Both the position numbers and the translations under genes were made by a program. 64,000 nt of DNA from Butyricicoccaceae bacterium (lineage in GTDB: Bacteria; Bacillota; Clostridia; Oscillospirales; Acutalibacteraceae), in NCBI GenBank assembly GCA_963638085.1, contig CAVHPJ010000010.1:1805-65804 (forward strand), given 5' to 3'. The notes under the pieces are model-generated. The model was given only the letters and a program-made list of their open reading frames with translations. It searched no databases and was not told the DNA's origin. Positions 1-9,288 of the stretch are shown in pieces; position 1 is the stretch's first letter, and each line of letters starts with the position of its first letter.

Positions 1-164
1 CTTTAAGTTAGTTTTTGTGCACTTTGTCCAAGTTTTTACGATTTGTATTGCTGTATAGAAGGACTTTGTTATTATTTTGTCAAAAACTTTTAGTTTTTTC
101 GGCTTAAATTTTCTGTCTCTTTTGCGATGCAGTTGCATTCAATAGAGGGTGGTAGTTACTTCCG

Positions 165-200
165 AATAAAAAGAAAAGGGCGCGTTTTACTAACGCGCCC
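165..200 (-). terminator. Rho-independent terminator after the 226..1266 CDS
   Basis: 9-bp stem GGGCGCGTT/AACGCGCCC (178-186/192-200) with a 5-nt loop. On the minus strand it is followed by UUUUCUUUUUAUU. Confidence 0.8.
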
Positions 201-225
201 AAACTTCTTTTTGATTGTTTACGTT

Positions 226-1266
226 TTAGATGGTAAAAGCTTCCTGGTCAATTTCTTTCACTCTGACTTTCTTTGGAACAGGAATCAGGAGAAGGAGACC
301 AACTAAGAACAGAGCAAGGGAGATTTGGTAGCCAAAGTAATTGTAAGTATGGTTGCTGGCGTACCGAACCCATGCACCAAGACCATTAATGCTCTTTTTG
401 GCAACGCCAATATAATTGTCCTGTGTTACCTGATAATGATCATTGTCATTTTCTACTTCCAGAACAATGGAAGAGCCATCATTGTTAATGGAAACCACCT
501 TGCCAAACAGTCTGCCTTCAGTTACGGTACTGGCCACAACGTCATTGACTTGTACTTCATCCAAATCTGTTTTCTTTACCTTAACAACCTGGTTACTGTT
601 CAGGTTAGCACCGTTGTAATCCTGACAAACAGAAGTAAATCTGTATCCAAACGGAGCGGCTTTGGTCCACTTGCTGCCGAAGAGACAGAAGATAGTGCTA
701 ATCAGGGCAAACAGAATTAAGATCAGGAGAAGAATGGAAATGGTTCTTCTGGCAATCCGGTTGGCTTTCGGATGACGGGTTGTTTTTTCTGCCTTTGGTT
801 CCGGAATGGTAAATTCTTCTTCCGGTTGCCAGGCATCTGCTTCCTGCGGTTGTTCCGTCCAGATTCCCTGAGATTCATCCGGAATGGCGGGTAGGGGAGC
901 TGTGTCTTCCTCTGGTTCAGAGAAAGAGGAAATGTCTTCATAAACCGGTTCGGCAGGAAGCTGTTCCGGTTCTTCTTCCGGAACCGGCTCTTCAGAAAAA
1001 TCCTCTTCGGGAGCTTCTTCCTCAGGTTCTTCCGGGAAAGCCTGTAACGCTTCCAACTGTTCCTGCAATTTCCGGTTTTCTTCCTGTAATGCAGCAACAT
1101 CCACATCCAGGATACCGGAGTCTTCAATTGTCTTAATACGTTTGGCAAACGCCTTACAGTCTTTGCGAAGCTTTTTGTTCTTCGCCGTCAAGTTACTCTT
1201 TTCCTTGGTTAGGGTTTCTACTAAGGCTATAAGTTCCTCAACGCTCTTGTTTTCAAGATCAGACAT
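226..1266 (-). CDS. Membrane protein with a cytoplasmic coiled-coil and E/P-rich acidic region, a TM, a SipW/S26B-like beta-rich domain (apparently degenerate) and a C-terminal TM
   Basis: ORF 226..1281. GGAGG lies 7 nt before the internal ATG at 1266 (MSDLENK...). The protein has a charged heptad-like N-terminus, a long EEPEE-type tract and two hydrophobic segments. These flank VVKVKK..VNDVV..GKVVSI..ENDNDH..IGVAKK, whose spacing recalls signal peptidase I (SipW type). No clear SGSM or catalytic His context is present. Confidence 0.6.
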   Translation of the reverse strand: MSDLENKSVEELIALVETLTKEKSNLTAKNKKLRKDCKAFAKRIKTIEDSGILDVDVAALQEENRKLQEQLEALQAFPEEPEEEAPEEDFSEEPVPEEEPEQLPAEPVYEDISSFSEPEEDTAPLPAIPDESQGIWTEQPQEADAWQPEEEFTIPEPKAEKTTRHPKANRIARRTISILLLILILFALISTIFCLFGSKWTKAAPFGYRFTSVCQDYNGANLNSNQVVKVKKTDLDEVQVNDVVASTVTEGRLFGKVVSINNDGSSIVLEVENDNDHYQVTQDNYIGVAKKSINGLGAWVRYASNHTYNYFGYQISLALFLVGLLLLIPVPKKVRVKEIDQEAFTI

Positions 1267-1356
1267 GGGGGATACCTCCATATAGTATTCTTTTAAATTC
1301 TATTCTTTTACCCTGAAAAAGGCAATAGAAAGCACAGAAGAAAAGCAAGGGAATCG

Positions 1357-1385
1357 TTGAAACTGATACTATATTATAGTAAAAT
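1357..1385 (+). promoter_or_regulatory. Sigma-A type promoter for the 1415..1951 CDS
   Basis: TTGAAA (1357-1362), 17-nt spacer, TAAAAT (1380-1385), about 30 nt upstream of the ATG. Confidence 0.5.
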
Positions 1386-1414
1386 CTTTGTATTCTTCAG
1401 GAAGGGGAACAGCC

Positions 1415-1951
1415 ATGAAAAATACGTCTTTGACGGCATTAGGCGGCATTATTACCGCGCTGTCTATCTTTCTTCTTTTCCTGACAGGCATGTTTCCGAA
1501 TACCACGTACCTATTACCGGTTTTTGCCGCCATCCTGATGTTACCCATGTTGGAAGAAGCGGAGCAGAAGTGGGCCTGGTTTATTTATATTGCCGTATCT
1601 ATCCTGTCTTTCTTTATTGTTACAGATAAAGAAGCGGCTGTAATGTATGTCTTTGTATTTGGGTACTATCCTATTTTAAAGCAGCTTCTGGAAAGCCACT
1701 TTAAGAAACCGATTGCCTGGATTTTCAAATTGATTATCTACAATTTGATGGTAGTTGCAGCCTATCTTCTAATTATATATGTGTTTTTAATTCCGGTAGA
1801 TGGACTGGATCGGTTTGGAAAATGGACTCCGCTGTTACTGCTTGCATTAATGGATTTGGTACTGATTGTCTATGACTACCTGATTACTGTTCTAACCAAG
1901 GTTTACCAAAAAAGTTATGCTGAACGGGTGCACAAATTATTTCGCCGCTAA
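1415..1951 (+). CDS. Hypothetical integral membrane protein (about 5 TM)
   Basis: ORF 1388..1951. GGAAGGGG lies 7 nt before the ATG at 1415 (MKNTSLTALGG...). The protein is strongly hydrophobic throughout. I do not recognise a family. Confidence 0.65.
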   Translation: MKNTSLTALGGIITALSIFLLFLTGMFPNTTYLLPVFAAILMLPMLEEAEQKWAWFIYIAVSILSFFIVTDKEAAVMYVFVFGYYPILKQLLESHFKKPIAWIFKLIIYNLMVVAAYLLIIYVFLIPVDGLDRFGKWTPLLLLALMDLVLIVYDYLITVLTKVYQKSYAERVHKLFRR

Positions 1952-1999
1952 AAGAAGAATACTAGTAAAACGATAAATAAAACACTAAAGGAATCCTAT

Positions 2000-3259
2000 A
2001 TGAAAGATAACATTCTTGTGGTCGGTGGAGGCGCCGGCGGACTGATGGCAGCCTGCACGGCAGCACAGGCCGGAGCGCAAGTCACTTTAATTGAAAAGAA
2101 TGCGCGCATTGGCCGCAAGCTTCTAATCAGCGGCAAAGGTCGGTGTAACCTGACCAACAATCAAACGGACGTGCGGTATTTAATGGAACAGATTCCCGGA
2201 AACGGACGGTTCCTTTACAGTGCCTTTGCAAACTGGATGCCGCACGACCAAATGGATTTCATAGAAGCACTGGGTGTTCCGTTGAAAACGGAACGCGGAA
2301 ACCGGGTGTTTCCGGTTTCCGACCAGTCCAAAGATATTGTAGATGCCTTTGACCGCTGCCTGAAGCAGTGCGGCGTTAAGCGTATTTTGGAAGACCGTGT
2401 TACCGGTCTTCAGTTTACAGAAGACCGGATTACCGGTGTACAGACGGAACACCACGGCCTGTTGCCGTGCACTGCCTGCATCCTGGCCACCGGCGGCTGT
2501 ACCTATCCGCGAACCGGATCCACCGGAGACGGCTACCAGTTAGCCAAAGAAGCAGGGCATACCGTAACACCGTTGCATCCCTGCCTGGTGCCACTTGTTT
2601 CCAAAGACCCGGCTTGTCAGGAATTGCAAGGGCTTTCTCTGAAAAATGTGCACCTTTCTTTGTATCAATCCGGAAAGAAAAAGCCGTTATATCAGGAGCT
2701 TGGGGAAATGTTATTCACCCATTTTGGCGTCTCCGGTCCATTGGTCCTCAGCGCCAGTTCCCACTTGCCGGCCGGCCTCGGTCCGGAAACCTTTTACCTG
2801 GAAATAGACTTAAAGCCTGGTCTGACCGAAGAGCAATTAGACAAACGAATCCAACGGGATTTTGAAGACAACGTAAACAAGGCATTCCAAAATGCGCTTT
2901 CCCGGCTGTTGCCTTCCTCCATGATTCCGGTCATTGTTCAAAAATCCGGTATTCCTGCTGAAAAAAAGGTACACCAGATTACCAAGGAAGAACGCCACAG
3001 CCTAGTATATTTACTGAAGCACTACCGCATTCCCATTACCGGATGCCGTCCCATGGAGGAAGGCATTGTGACCGGTGGCGGTGTTTCATTAAAAGAAGTT
3101 AACCCCAAAACCATGGAGTCCAAATTAAAGCAGGGCCTCTACTTTGCAGGCGAACTTTTGGACCTGGACGCCTACACAGGCGGATATAATCTACAGATTG
3201 CCTTTTCCACCGGTCACCTGGCCGGGGAAAGCGCAGCAAAGGAGAGCAACCATGTTTAA
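2000..3259 (+). CDS. HI0933/YhiN (BaiN-like) family NAD(P)/FAD-dependent oxidoreductase
   Basis: VVGGGAGGLMAA dinucleotide-binding motif and the GKGRCNLTN motif. The 419-aa length is typical of the family. Confidence 0.85.
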   Translation: MKDNILVVGGGAGGLMAACTAAQAGAQVTLIEKNARIGRKLLISGKGRCNLTNNQTDVRYLMEQIPGNGRFLYSAFANWMPHDQMDFIEALGVPLKTERGNRVFPVSDQSKDIVDAFDRCLKQCGVKRILEDRVTGLQFTEDRITGVQTEHHGLLPCTACILATGGCTYPRTGSTGDGYQLAKEAGHTVTPLHPCLVPLVSKDPACQELQGLSLKNVHLSLYQSGKKKPLYQELGEMLFTHFGVSGPLVLSASSHLPAGLGPETFYLEIDLKPGLTEEQLDKRIQRDFEDNVNKAFQNALSRLLPSSMIPVIVQKSGIPAEKKVHQITKEERHSLVYLLKHYRIPITGCRPMEEGIVTGGGVSLKEVNPKTMESKLKQGLYFAGELLDLDAYTGGYNLQIAFSTGHLAGESAAKESNHV

Positions 3260-3917
3260 CATTGCCATTGATGGACCGGCGGGGGCCGGAAAAAGCAGCA
3301 TTGCCAAAGCGGTATCCCAAGCACTCGGCTTCATTTATGTAGATACCGGCGCTTTGTACCGTACCGTCGGCCTGGCCGTTCTGCGTGCCGGCATTGCTCC
3401 GGAAGATACGGAAAAAGTGGCCGCATTACTGCCTGAAATTACAGTAGACCTGGCTTTTGAAAACGGCACCCAGAAAGTTCTTTTAAATGGGGAAGATGTC
3501 TCAGAAGCTATTCGCACCCCGCAGATTTCCGAATATGCTTCCAAAACTTCGGCCATTCCGGCCGTGCGGCACTTTTTGTTTGACCTTCAGCAGAAGATTG
3601 CCGCCACGCACAACGTCCTGATGGACGGCCGGGACATCGGTACTGTTGTTTTACCAAATGCCCAGTTAAAAGTGTTTTTAACTGCATCGCCCGAAGTCCG
3701 CGCCATGCGCCGTTACAAAGAACTGACGGAGAAAGGACAAGACGTTGTTTATGACAACATTTTGGCAGAAGTCAAAGACCGGGACTACCGGGATACGCAC
3801 CGGGATATTGCACCGTTAAAACCGGCAGAAGATGCCGTTTTATTAGATACCTCAGACATGAGCTTTGAGGAAGTTGCAGCAAAGCTGACACAATTGGCAA
3901 AGGAGACCCTTGTATGA
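3252..3917 (+). CDS. cmk: Cytidylate kinase
   Basis: IAIDGPAGAGKSS P-loop and the YVDTGALYR motif. The ATG at 3252 overlaps the upstream stop by 8 nt. The listed longer ORF (from 3144) is an out-of-context extension. Confidence 0.95.
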   Translation: MFNIAIDGPAGAGKSSIAKAVSQALGFIYVDTGALYRTVGLAVLRAGIAPEDTEKVAALLPEITVDLAFENGTQKVLLNGEDVSEAIRTPQISEYASKTSAIPAVRHFLFDLQQKIAATHNVLMDGRDIGTVVLPNAQLKVFLTASPEVRAMRRYKELTEKGQDVVYDNILAEVKDRDYRDTHRDIAPLKPAEDAVLLDTSDMSFEEVAAKLTQLAKETLV

Positions 3918-4630
3918 GCACAACTGAAGTAAAAAAGATTCCCCTGGCAAGCAAAAAGCCATATGTACACAATTGGGAAAAACAAAAAGTAAAAGATAAA
4001 ACCAGATTTTTTAAGTGCTGGATTCCACTGGCACATTATCTGTTAAATAAGGAATTTGAGTCTTTGGAATTCATTGGTTCCGAAAATGTACCGAAGGACG
4101 GTAAGGTCATCCTGATTTCCAACCATGTAAACGGATTTGACCCAATTACTCTGATGTATGGTCTTGGCATTAAACGTTCTGCTTATTTCATGGCTAAAGC
4201 AGAATTCTACCAGGCCTTTTATATTCGCTGGGCACTGAAGATTTTCAACGGCTTCCCAGTTAACAGAGATAAGCCGGACAGAGAATCCATGAAGTTTGCA
4301 CAGAAGGTTTTGGAAAAAGACCAGATGCTGGTTATTTTCCCGGCAGGCACCAGAGACCGGTATCGCAAACGCCCGGAAACAGAAGAGGGCATTAAAGTTG
4401 GCTTTGCCATGCTGGCCAGAGACTCCAAAGCAACCGTTGTTCCGGCATCCATCCATTTGTCTGCCGATTTGGAAAATCACCATCCAAAATGTATTGTCCG
4501 CTACGGGGAACCCGTTCCTTATGAAGAAATGGGCTTTACTGAAGGAGTTCGGAAATCTGCTGAACTGCGCAATGTATCCAAAATGTTAATGACCAAGGTA
4601 CAGGAATTATGGGACATGGACCAGATCTGA
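3914..4630 (+). CDS. plsC: 1-acyl-sn-glycerol-3-phosphate acyltransferase
   Basis: NHVNGFDP (HX4D) and FPAGTR motifs. ATGA start/stop overlap with cmk. Confidence 0.85.
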   Translation: MSTTEVKKIPLASKKPYVHNWEKQKVKDKTRFFKCWIPLAHYLLNKEFESLEFIGSENVPKDGKVILISNHVNGFDPITLMYGLGIKRSAYFMAKAEFYQAFYIRWALKIFNGFPVNRDKPDRESMKFAQKVLEKDQMLVIFPAGTRDRYRKRPETEEGIKVGFAMLARDSKATVVPASIHLSADLENHHPKCIVRYGEPVPYEEMGFTEGVRKSAELRNVSKMLMTKVQELWDMDQI

Positions 4631-6660
4631 TTGTTGCTAAAACCGCCGGGTTTTGTCCCGGTGCGCAGCGCATTGTAGATAGGGTAGAAGAGCTGCTGAC
4701 TTTGCATGACAACGTTTATGCAAACGGGCCTATCCTGCACAATGACCACGTCAATCAGCCATTACAGGAAAAGGGATTACACTTTCAGCCTGACATGGAC
4801 AAAGTCCCGGAGGACGCATTTGTTATTTTACGTGCCCACGGTACACCGTTGTCCGTAAAACAACAGTTGGACAAACGGGGCATTGCTTATGAGGATATTG
4901 CCTGCCCTTATGTTGTCCGCATTCAGAAAATTGTTTCTTCCATGGATCCGGAACAGGATATTGTTATTCTGACCGGGAATCAGGAACATCCGGAAATGCA
5001 AGCCACGCTGACTTACGTTTCCTGTCCTTATTACGTAGTACAAACACCTGAAGAATTAGAAGAATTGCTGAAAAAAAACAAGGCAATTTTTGAAAATCGG
5101 ACCGTAAATCTGGTCTCCCAGACAACTTACCGGACCGACCTTTGGGAAAACTGCGTAGCTACAATAAATAACATATGTACAAAAGCAAAAATTTTTGCTA
5201 CAATATGTAAGGCTACCGAAGAACGGCAGTATGAGGCAAAAGTACTCTCCAAACGCTGTAAACGAATGATAGTAATCGGTGCCAGACACAGTTCCAATAC
5301 TATCAAGTTGTTTAACGTGTGTAGGGAAAACTGTGATACTGTTCTAATAGACTCGGTGAAAGAGCTCAACCCTGAGTTTATTTACGGGGCAGAAACCATA
5401 GGTGTTAGTGCAGGGGCTTCAACGCCACCTGCTACAATAAAGGAGGTACTTGAGGCTATGTCCGAAGTAGTAAACAAAATTGTAGAAGATGCTGATGATT
5501 TTGACTTTGCAACCGCATTGGAAGAATCCCTGGAAAGCATGTCTTCCGATCAAAAAGTGAAAGGTGTTGTGGTTGGTATCACTCCGACTGAAATTCAGGT
5601 CGACATCGGAAGAAAACAGACCGGTTATATCAGTTATGAAGAATACAGCTACAATCCAAACGCAAATCCTGCAGAGGAATTGAAGGTTGGAGACGAAATA
5701 GACTGCGTAATCATGAAAACCAATGACGTAGAAGGCACTATCATGCTTTCCAAGCGTCGTTTTGACAGCGCAAATGCCTGGTCCGAACTGGAAACAGCAG
5801 TAGAAGAAGGCACCACCATGGAAGGTGTTGTAACCGACATCAACAAAGGCGGCGTTATTGCTACCACTGAAAAGGGTATTCGCGTATTCATTCCTGGTTC
5901 CCTTGCCACTGAAAACAGAGGAGAACCGCTGGATGGTCTTCGTGGCACCACAGTTCAGTTCAAGGTTATTGAAGTTAACCGTCAGCGCAGACGTGCAGTT
6001 GGCTCCGTTAAGGCTGTTCTGAAGGAAACCAAGAAAGCTGCACAGGAAAAATTCTGGGCTGAAGCAGAAGAAGGAACCGTTTATACCGGTATTGTTAAAT
6101 CCTTTACCCAGTATGGTGCCTTTGTTGACATCGGCGGCGTAGACGGCATGATTCACATCAGCGAACTTTCCTGGAAGCGCATCAAGCATCCGTCTGATGT
6201 TCTTTCTATTGGTGACACCGTAGAAGTTTACATCAAGTCCCTGGAAAATAACCGTATTTCCCTTGGTTACAAGAAGGAAGAGGACAACCCATGGGCCATT
6301 CTGAAGAATACCTATGAAGTTGGTGACGTAGTAGACGCCAAGATTGTTGGCATGACTGCATTCGGTGCTTTTGCTAACATCATTCCGGAAATTGATGGTC
6401 TTATCCATATTTCCCAGATTGCTGACAAGCGCATTGAAAAGCCACAGGATGTTCTTTCCGTTGGTGACAGTGTCAAAGTTAAAATTACTGACATTGACTA
6501 TGACAAGAAGCGCGTAAGCCTTTCCATCCGTGCTCTTCTTGAACCGAAGGAAGACGAAGAAGTAGAAACCGGCGAAGCCTTTGTTGCTTCTTCTGATGAT
6601 ATTGCTGCCGCTGCAGAAGTTGCAGAAGCTGCCGCTGAAGCAGAAGCCACCGAAGAATAA
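4609..6660 (+). CDS. ispH: Bifunctional 4-hydroxy-3-methylbut-2-enyl diphosphate reductase (IspH/LytB) / ribosomal protein S1-like fusion
   Basis: The N-terminal ~280 aa are IspH-like (AKTAGFCPG..., HGT, SSNT). The C-terminus carries four S1 repeats (e.g. GAFVDIGGVDGMIHISE, GAFANIIPEIDGLIHISQ). The exact start is uncertain. Confidence 0.9.
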   Translation: MGHGPDLIVAKTAGFCPGAQRIVDRVEELLTLHDNVYANGPILHNDHVNQPLQEKGLHFQPDMDKVPEDAFVILRAHGTPLSVKQQLDKRGIAYEDIACPYVVRIQKIVSSMDPEQDIVILTGNQEHPEMQATLTYVSCPYYVVQTPEELEELLKKNKAIFENRTVNLVSQTTYRTDLWENCVATINNICTKAKIFATICKATEERQYEAKVLSKRCKRMIVIGARHSSNTIKLFNVCRENCDTVLIDSVKELNPEFIYGAETIGVSAGASTPPATIKEVLEAMSEVVNKIVEDADDFDFATALEESLESMSSDQKVKGVVVGITPTEIQVDIGRKQTGYISYEEYSYNPNANPAEELKVGDEIDCVIMKTNDVEGTIMLSKRRFDSANAWSELETAVEEGTTMEGVVTDINKGGVIATTEKGIRVFIPGSLATENRGEPLDGLRGTTVQFKVIEVNRQRRRAVGSVKAVLKETKKAAQEKFWAEAEEGTVYTGIVKSFTQYGAFVDIGGVDGMIHISELSWKRIKHPSDVLSIGDTVEVYIKSLENNRISLGYKKEEDNPWAILKNTYEVGDVVDAKIVGMTAFGAFANIIPEIDGLIHISQIADKRIEKPQDVLSVGDSVKVKITDIDYDKKRVSLSIRALLEPKEDEEVETGEAFVASSDDIAAAAEVAEAAAEAEATEE

Positions 6661-6681
6661 ATTCGGTTTACCTTAGTTTAA

Positions 6682-6719
6682 AACAGTAGCTGTCTTTTGA
6701 CAGTTACTGTTTTCTTTTT
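6682..6719 (+). terminator. Rho-independent terminator after ispH/S1
   Basis: ACAGTAGCTGTC/GACAGTTACTGT stem (one G-U) with loop TTTT, followed by TTTCTTTTT. Confidence 0.8.
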
Positions 6720-6736
6720 ACAGAAGGGAGTTCACC

Positions 6737-7810
6737 ATGGAACTTCAATTTCATATGACACAGGACGTTTGGCAGCGCCTGCAACAGGAAACCCGTCCAC
6801 TGGTTCTGTACGGAACCGGAAACGGCGCTGAAAAGCTGTTAGCTGTGCTAGAAAAATATCAGATTTCTGTTTCTGATATTTTTGTATCCGACGCCTTTTA
6901 TCGCGGGCAGGAATTTCATGGATTTACCTGTCTTCGTTACACCGATATCTGTCAGAAGTATGAGGATTGCATTATCCTGATTGGCTTTGCCATCTTCCGG
7001 GAAGACATGATGCAGACCGTCAAAGAAATTGCTAAAAGATACGAAGTCTTGGCGCCGGAGGTTCCGGTTTTCGGCTATGACAACTTTACGCTGCATCACC
7101 TGACAACGTATCAGGAAGAAATCCAACAGGTTTATGAAGCATTGGCAGATGAACAGTCCCGCAAGGTTTTTTCTTCTGTTTTGCACTACCGCTTAACCGG
7201 AGAACTTTCTTATTTGTTCAACTGTGAAACTCCACGGGAAGAAGTTTTTACCAACCTGATTCATCCCGGCGATTCAGCTACTTACGTAGATTTAGGAGCT
7301 TACCGCGGAGATACCATAGAAGAGTTTTTGCAATTAACCGGCAATCAATTTCAATCTATTTATGCCTTGGAGCCGGACAGCAAAAATTATCAGAAGCTCC
7401 AGGAATATTTAGCAACACTTCCGGAGAAAGTCAGCAATCGGATTTCCACTTATCCGCTTGCATCCTGGTCCGGACAGACTACGCTTCCGTTTGATGGCGG
7501 TGGGGGACGGAATTCTTCCGTTAACACCGGAAAGCGGGAAGTACAGACAACGGATGTGGATTCTGTACTGAACGGCGCAAAGGCCACCTACATTAAAATG
7601 GATGTAGAAGGCGCAGAGACAGAGACACTAGCGGGCCTAAAACAAACATTAGCGGTCTTTAAGCCAGCACTAGCGGTTTCGGCTTACCACCGCACCACAG
7701 ATCTTTTTTTGCTTCCATTACAGATTTTAACACTGCAACCCCAGTACCAACTGTATTTGCGGCATCATCCGTATATTCCGGCCTGGGAAACCAATTATTA
7801 TTGTCTGTAA
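6737..7810 (+). CDS. FkbM family methyltransferase with an N-terminal Rossmann-like extension
   Basis: YVDLGAYRGDT, ALEPD and KMDVEGAE motifs typical of FkbM. AAGGGAG RBS lies 6 nt upstream. Confidence 0.75.
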   Translation: MELQFHMTQDVWQRLQQETRPLVLYGTGNGAEKLLAVLEKYQISVSDIFVSDAFYRGQEFHGFTCLRYTDICQKYEDCIILIGFAIFREDMMQTVKEIAKRYEVLAPEVPVFGYDNFTLHHLTTYQEEIQQVYEALADEQSRKVFSSVLHYRLTGELSYLFNCETPREEVFTNLIHPGDSATYVDLGAYRGDTIEEFLQLTGNQFQSIYALEPDSKNYQKLQEYLATLPEKVSNRISTYPLASWSGQTTLPFDGGGGRNSSVNTGKREVQTTDVDSVLNGAKATYIKMDVEGAETETLAGLKQTLAVFKPALAVSAYHRTTDLFLLPLQILTLQPQYQLYLRHHPYIPAWETNYYCL

Positions 7811-7835
7811 ATAGGCTTTCTAACTGCCTGTTTTA

Positions 7836-7844
7836 TGTTATAAT
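7836..7844 (+). promoter_or_regulatory. Extended -10 promoter element for comEA
   Basis: TGtTATAAT (TG at 7836-7837, TATAAT at 7839-7844), about 36 nt before the comEA ATG. Confidence 0.5.
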
Positions 7845-7880
7845 CTTTTGCGTACCAATTTAGTAAACGGAGGCTCCCTA

Positions 7881-8291
7881 ATGTCATTTCGGGAATCCGT
7901 GTTGGTTGCAATTGCTTTTGTTTTATTAGCCGGAATTATTGCTTACAATGCAGTTACCCTTTCTTCTTCGGAAGAAGGGGCTGTTTTGGAGTCTGTCAGT
8001 ACTTCAGAAACAGAAAGCGCCACCTCGCAGAGCAACGAAGGAACAACGTCGGTTACCGCTTTTACAGCAGTAGAAAGTACCGCCGCCAATGTTGCTGCAG
8101 GGAAAGTAAACATTAATACGGCAGGGCTTGCCGAACTGACTACCTTAACCGGAATCGGAGATGTGAAAGGGCAGGCCATTATTGATTATCGGACGGAACA
8201 CGGACCGTTCGCTTCGGTGGATGAATTGACAAATGTCAGTGGCATCGGAGACAAAACTCTGGCTAAAATCAGAGATCAAATTACCGTTTAA
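7881..8291 (+). CDS. comEA: ComEA family helix-hairpin-helix DNA-binding (competence) protein
   Basis: N-terminal TM and a Ser/Thr-rich linker. C-terminal INTAGLAELTTLTGIGDVKGQAII...VSGIGDKTLAKI double HhH. GGAGG lies 7 nt before the ATG at 7881. Confidence 0.85.
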   Translation: MSFRESVLVAIAFVLLAGIIAYNAVTLSSSEEGAVLESVSTSETESATSQSNEGTTSVTAFTAVESTAANVAAGKVNINTAGLAELTTLTGIGDVKGQAIIDYRTEHGPFASVDELTNVSGIGDKTLAKIRDQITV

Positions 8292-8318
8292 TGCCGGAAA
8301 GAAAGGGTTTTCTATTAT

Positions 8319-9176
8319 ATGCAATTCGTCATTCTGGACTTGGAATGGAACACGGCCTTTGACAGGCGCGGACATCAATATATCAGCGAAATCATTGAAT
8401 TTGGCGCAATCAAGCTGGATGAAGAGCTGAAAACCATTGATACCTATGCCAGATTTGTAAAGCCGCAGATTGAAAAGCATCTGCATTCCAGGGTTAAAAA
8501 GCTGACTCATATTACCAACGAAGATATTAAAGATGCTGCCGGGTTCTTAAATGTAGCAGACGACTTTACCCGTTGGATTGGGGACGTAGACAATACGGTT
8601 ATCCTTTCTTGGGGAGATATGGACGTTCGTGCTTTAACCGAAAACTATCGGTATTATTTATCAGATCCAACTATCCCGTTTTTGAAGTATTACGCTGATG
8701 CGCAGGCCTTCTTTATGAAGCAAAAGAATTTGCAGCCCAGCCAGCAAATCGGCCTGAGTAATGCAGCAGAAATGATTCATCTTGACGCCGAAAACTACGT
8801 TCATCACCGGGCGCTGGGAGACTGTGAAATGACTGCCGTTATTTTCCGTGTAGTTTATGATGAAGACCTTCTGACACCGTTTATCCGCGTATGTAACGAA
8901 GAATACTACCGGCGTTTACTGTTCCATCCATATATTATTAAGGATATCCATAGTCCGTATGTGGAAGAGGAATCTTTAACCTGCAAGTGCATTGATTGCC
9001 ACATCCCGTGCCAGCCCACAACGGAATGGGCCTTTGCCAACAGTTCGTTCCGGGCCTTTTTCGTTTGTCCGGAATGCGGTCAACGGTATCGGTGTAACGT
9101 ACAGATGCGGCGGCTGTATTCTCAAATTAACACCAAGAAGACTGTTACCAAATTAGAGGATACAGAAGCTGAATAA
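8319..9176 (+). CDS. DEDDh 3'-5' exonuclease (KapD/ERI-1-like) with a C-terminal Cys-rich zinc-ribbon-like tail
   Basis: LDLEW (Exo I), SWGDMD (Exo II) and HHRALGD (Exo III, DEDDh) motifs. The tail reads CKCIDCHIPC ... CPECGQRYRC. Confidence 0.75.
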   Translation: MQFVILDLEWNTAFDRRGHQYISEIIEFGAIKLDEELKTIDTYARFVKPQIEKHLHSRVKKLTHITNEDIKDAAGFLNVADDFTRWIGDVDNTVILSWGDMDVRALTENYRYYLSDPTIPFLKYYADAQAFFMKQKNLQPSQQIGLSNAAEMIHLDAENYVHHRALGDCEMTAVIFRVVYDEDLLTPFIRVCNEEYYRRLLFHPYIIKDIHSPYVEEESLTCKCIDCHIPCQPTTEWAFANSSFRAFFVCPECGQRYRCNVQMRRLYSQINTKKTVTKLEDTEAE

Positions 9177-9223
9177 AAGCGCATCCTGAATACAGACTGA
9201 ACACATGTTGAAGAAAAGAAAAA

Positions 9224-9255
9224 AGAGCCAGTTACGAATTACCGTAACTGGCTCT
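9224..9255. terminator. Bidirectional intrinsic terminator between the exonuclease gene (+) and asd (-)
   Basis: 13-bp stem AGAGCCAGTTACG/CGTAACTGGCTCT. A-run upstream and T-rich tract downstream, so a U-tract is available on both strands. Confidence 0.85.
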
Positions 9256-9288
9256 TTACCATTTTATTTTATGGATTTATGACTTCTT

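Noticed and set aside
723-1148. 141-aa Lys/Arg-rich ORF in an alternative frame of the 226..1266 gene
   Set aside because: It is an artefact of the GAA/GAG-rich acidic repeat read out of frame. It is same-strand, overlapping, and has no independent start signals.
5419-6408. 329-aa ORF antisense to the ispH/S1 gene
   Set aside because: It lies entirely inside a strongly recognisable conserved gene on the other strand. The translation is low-complexity (F/N/G rich) with no recognisable motifs and no RBS. This is a typical shadow ORF.
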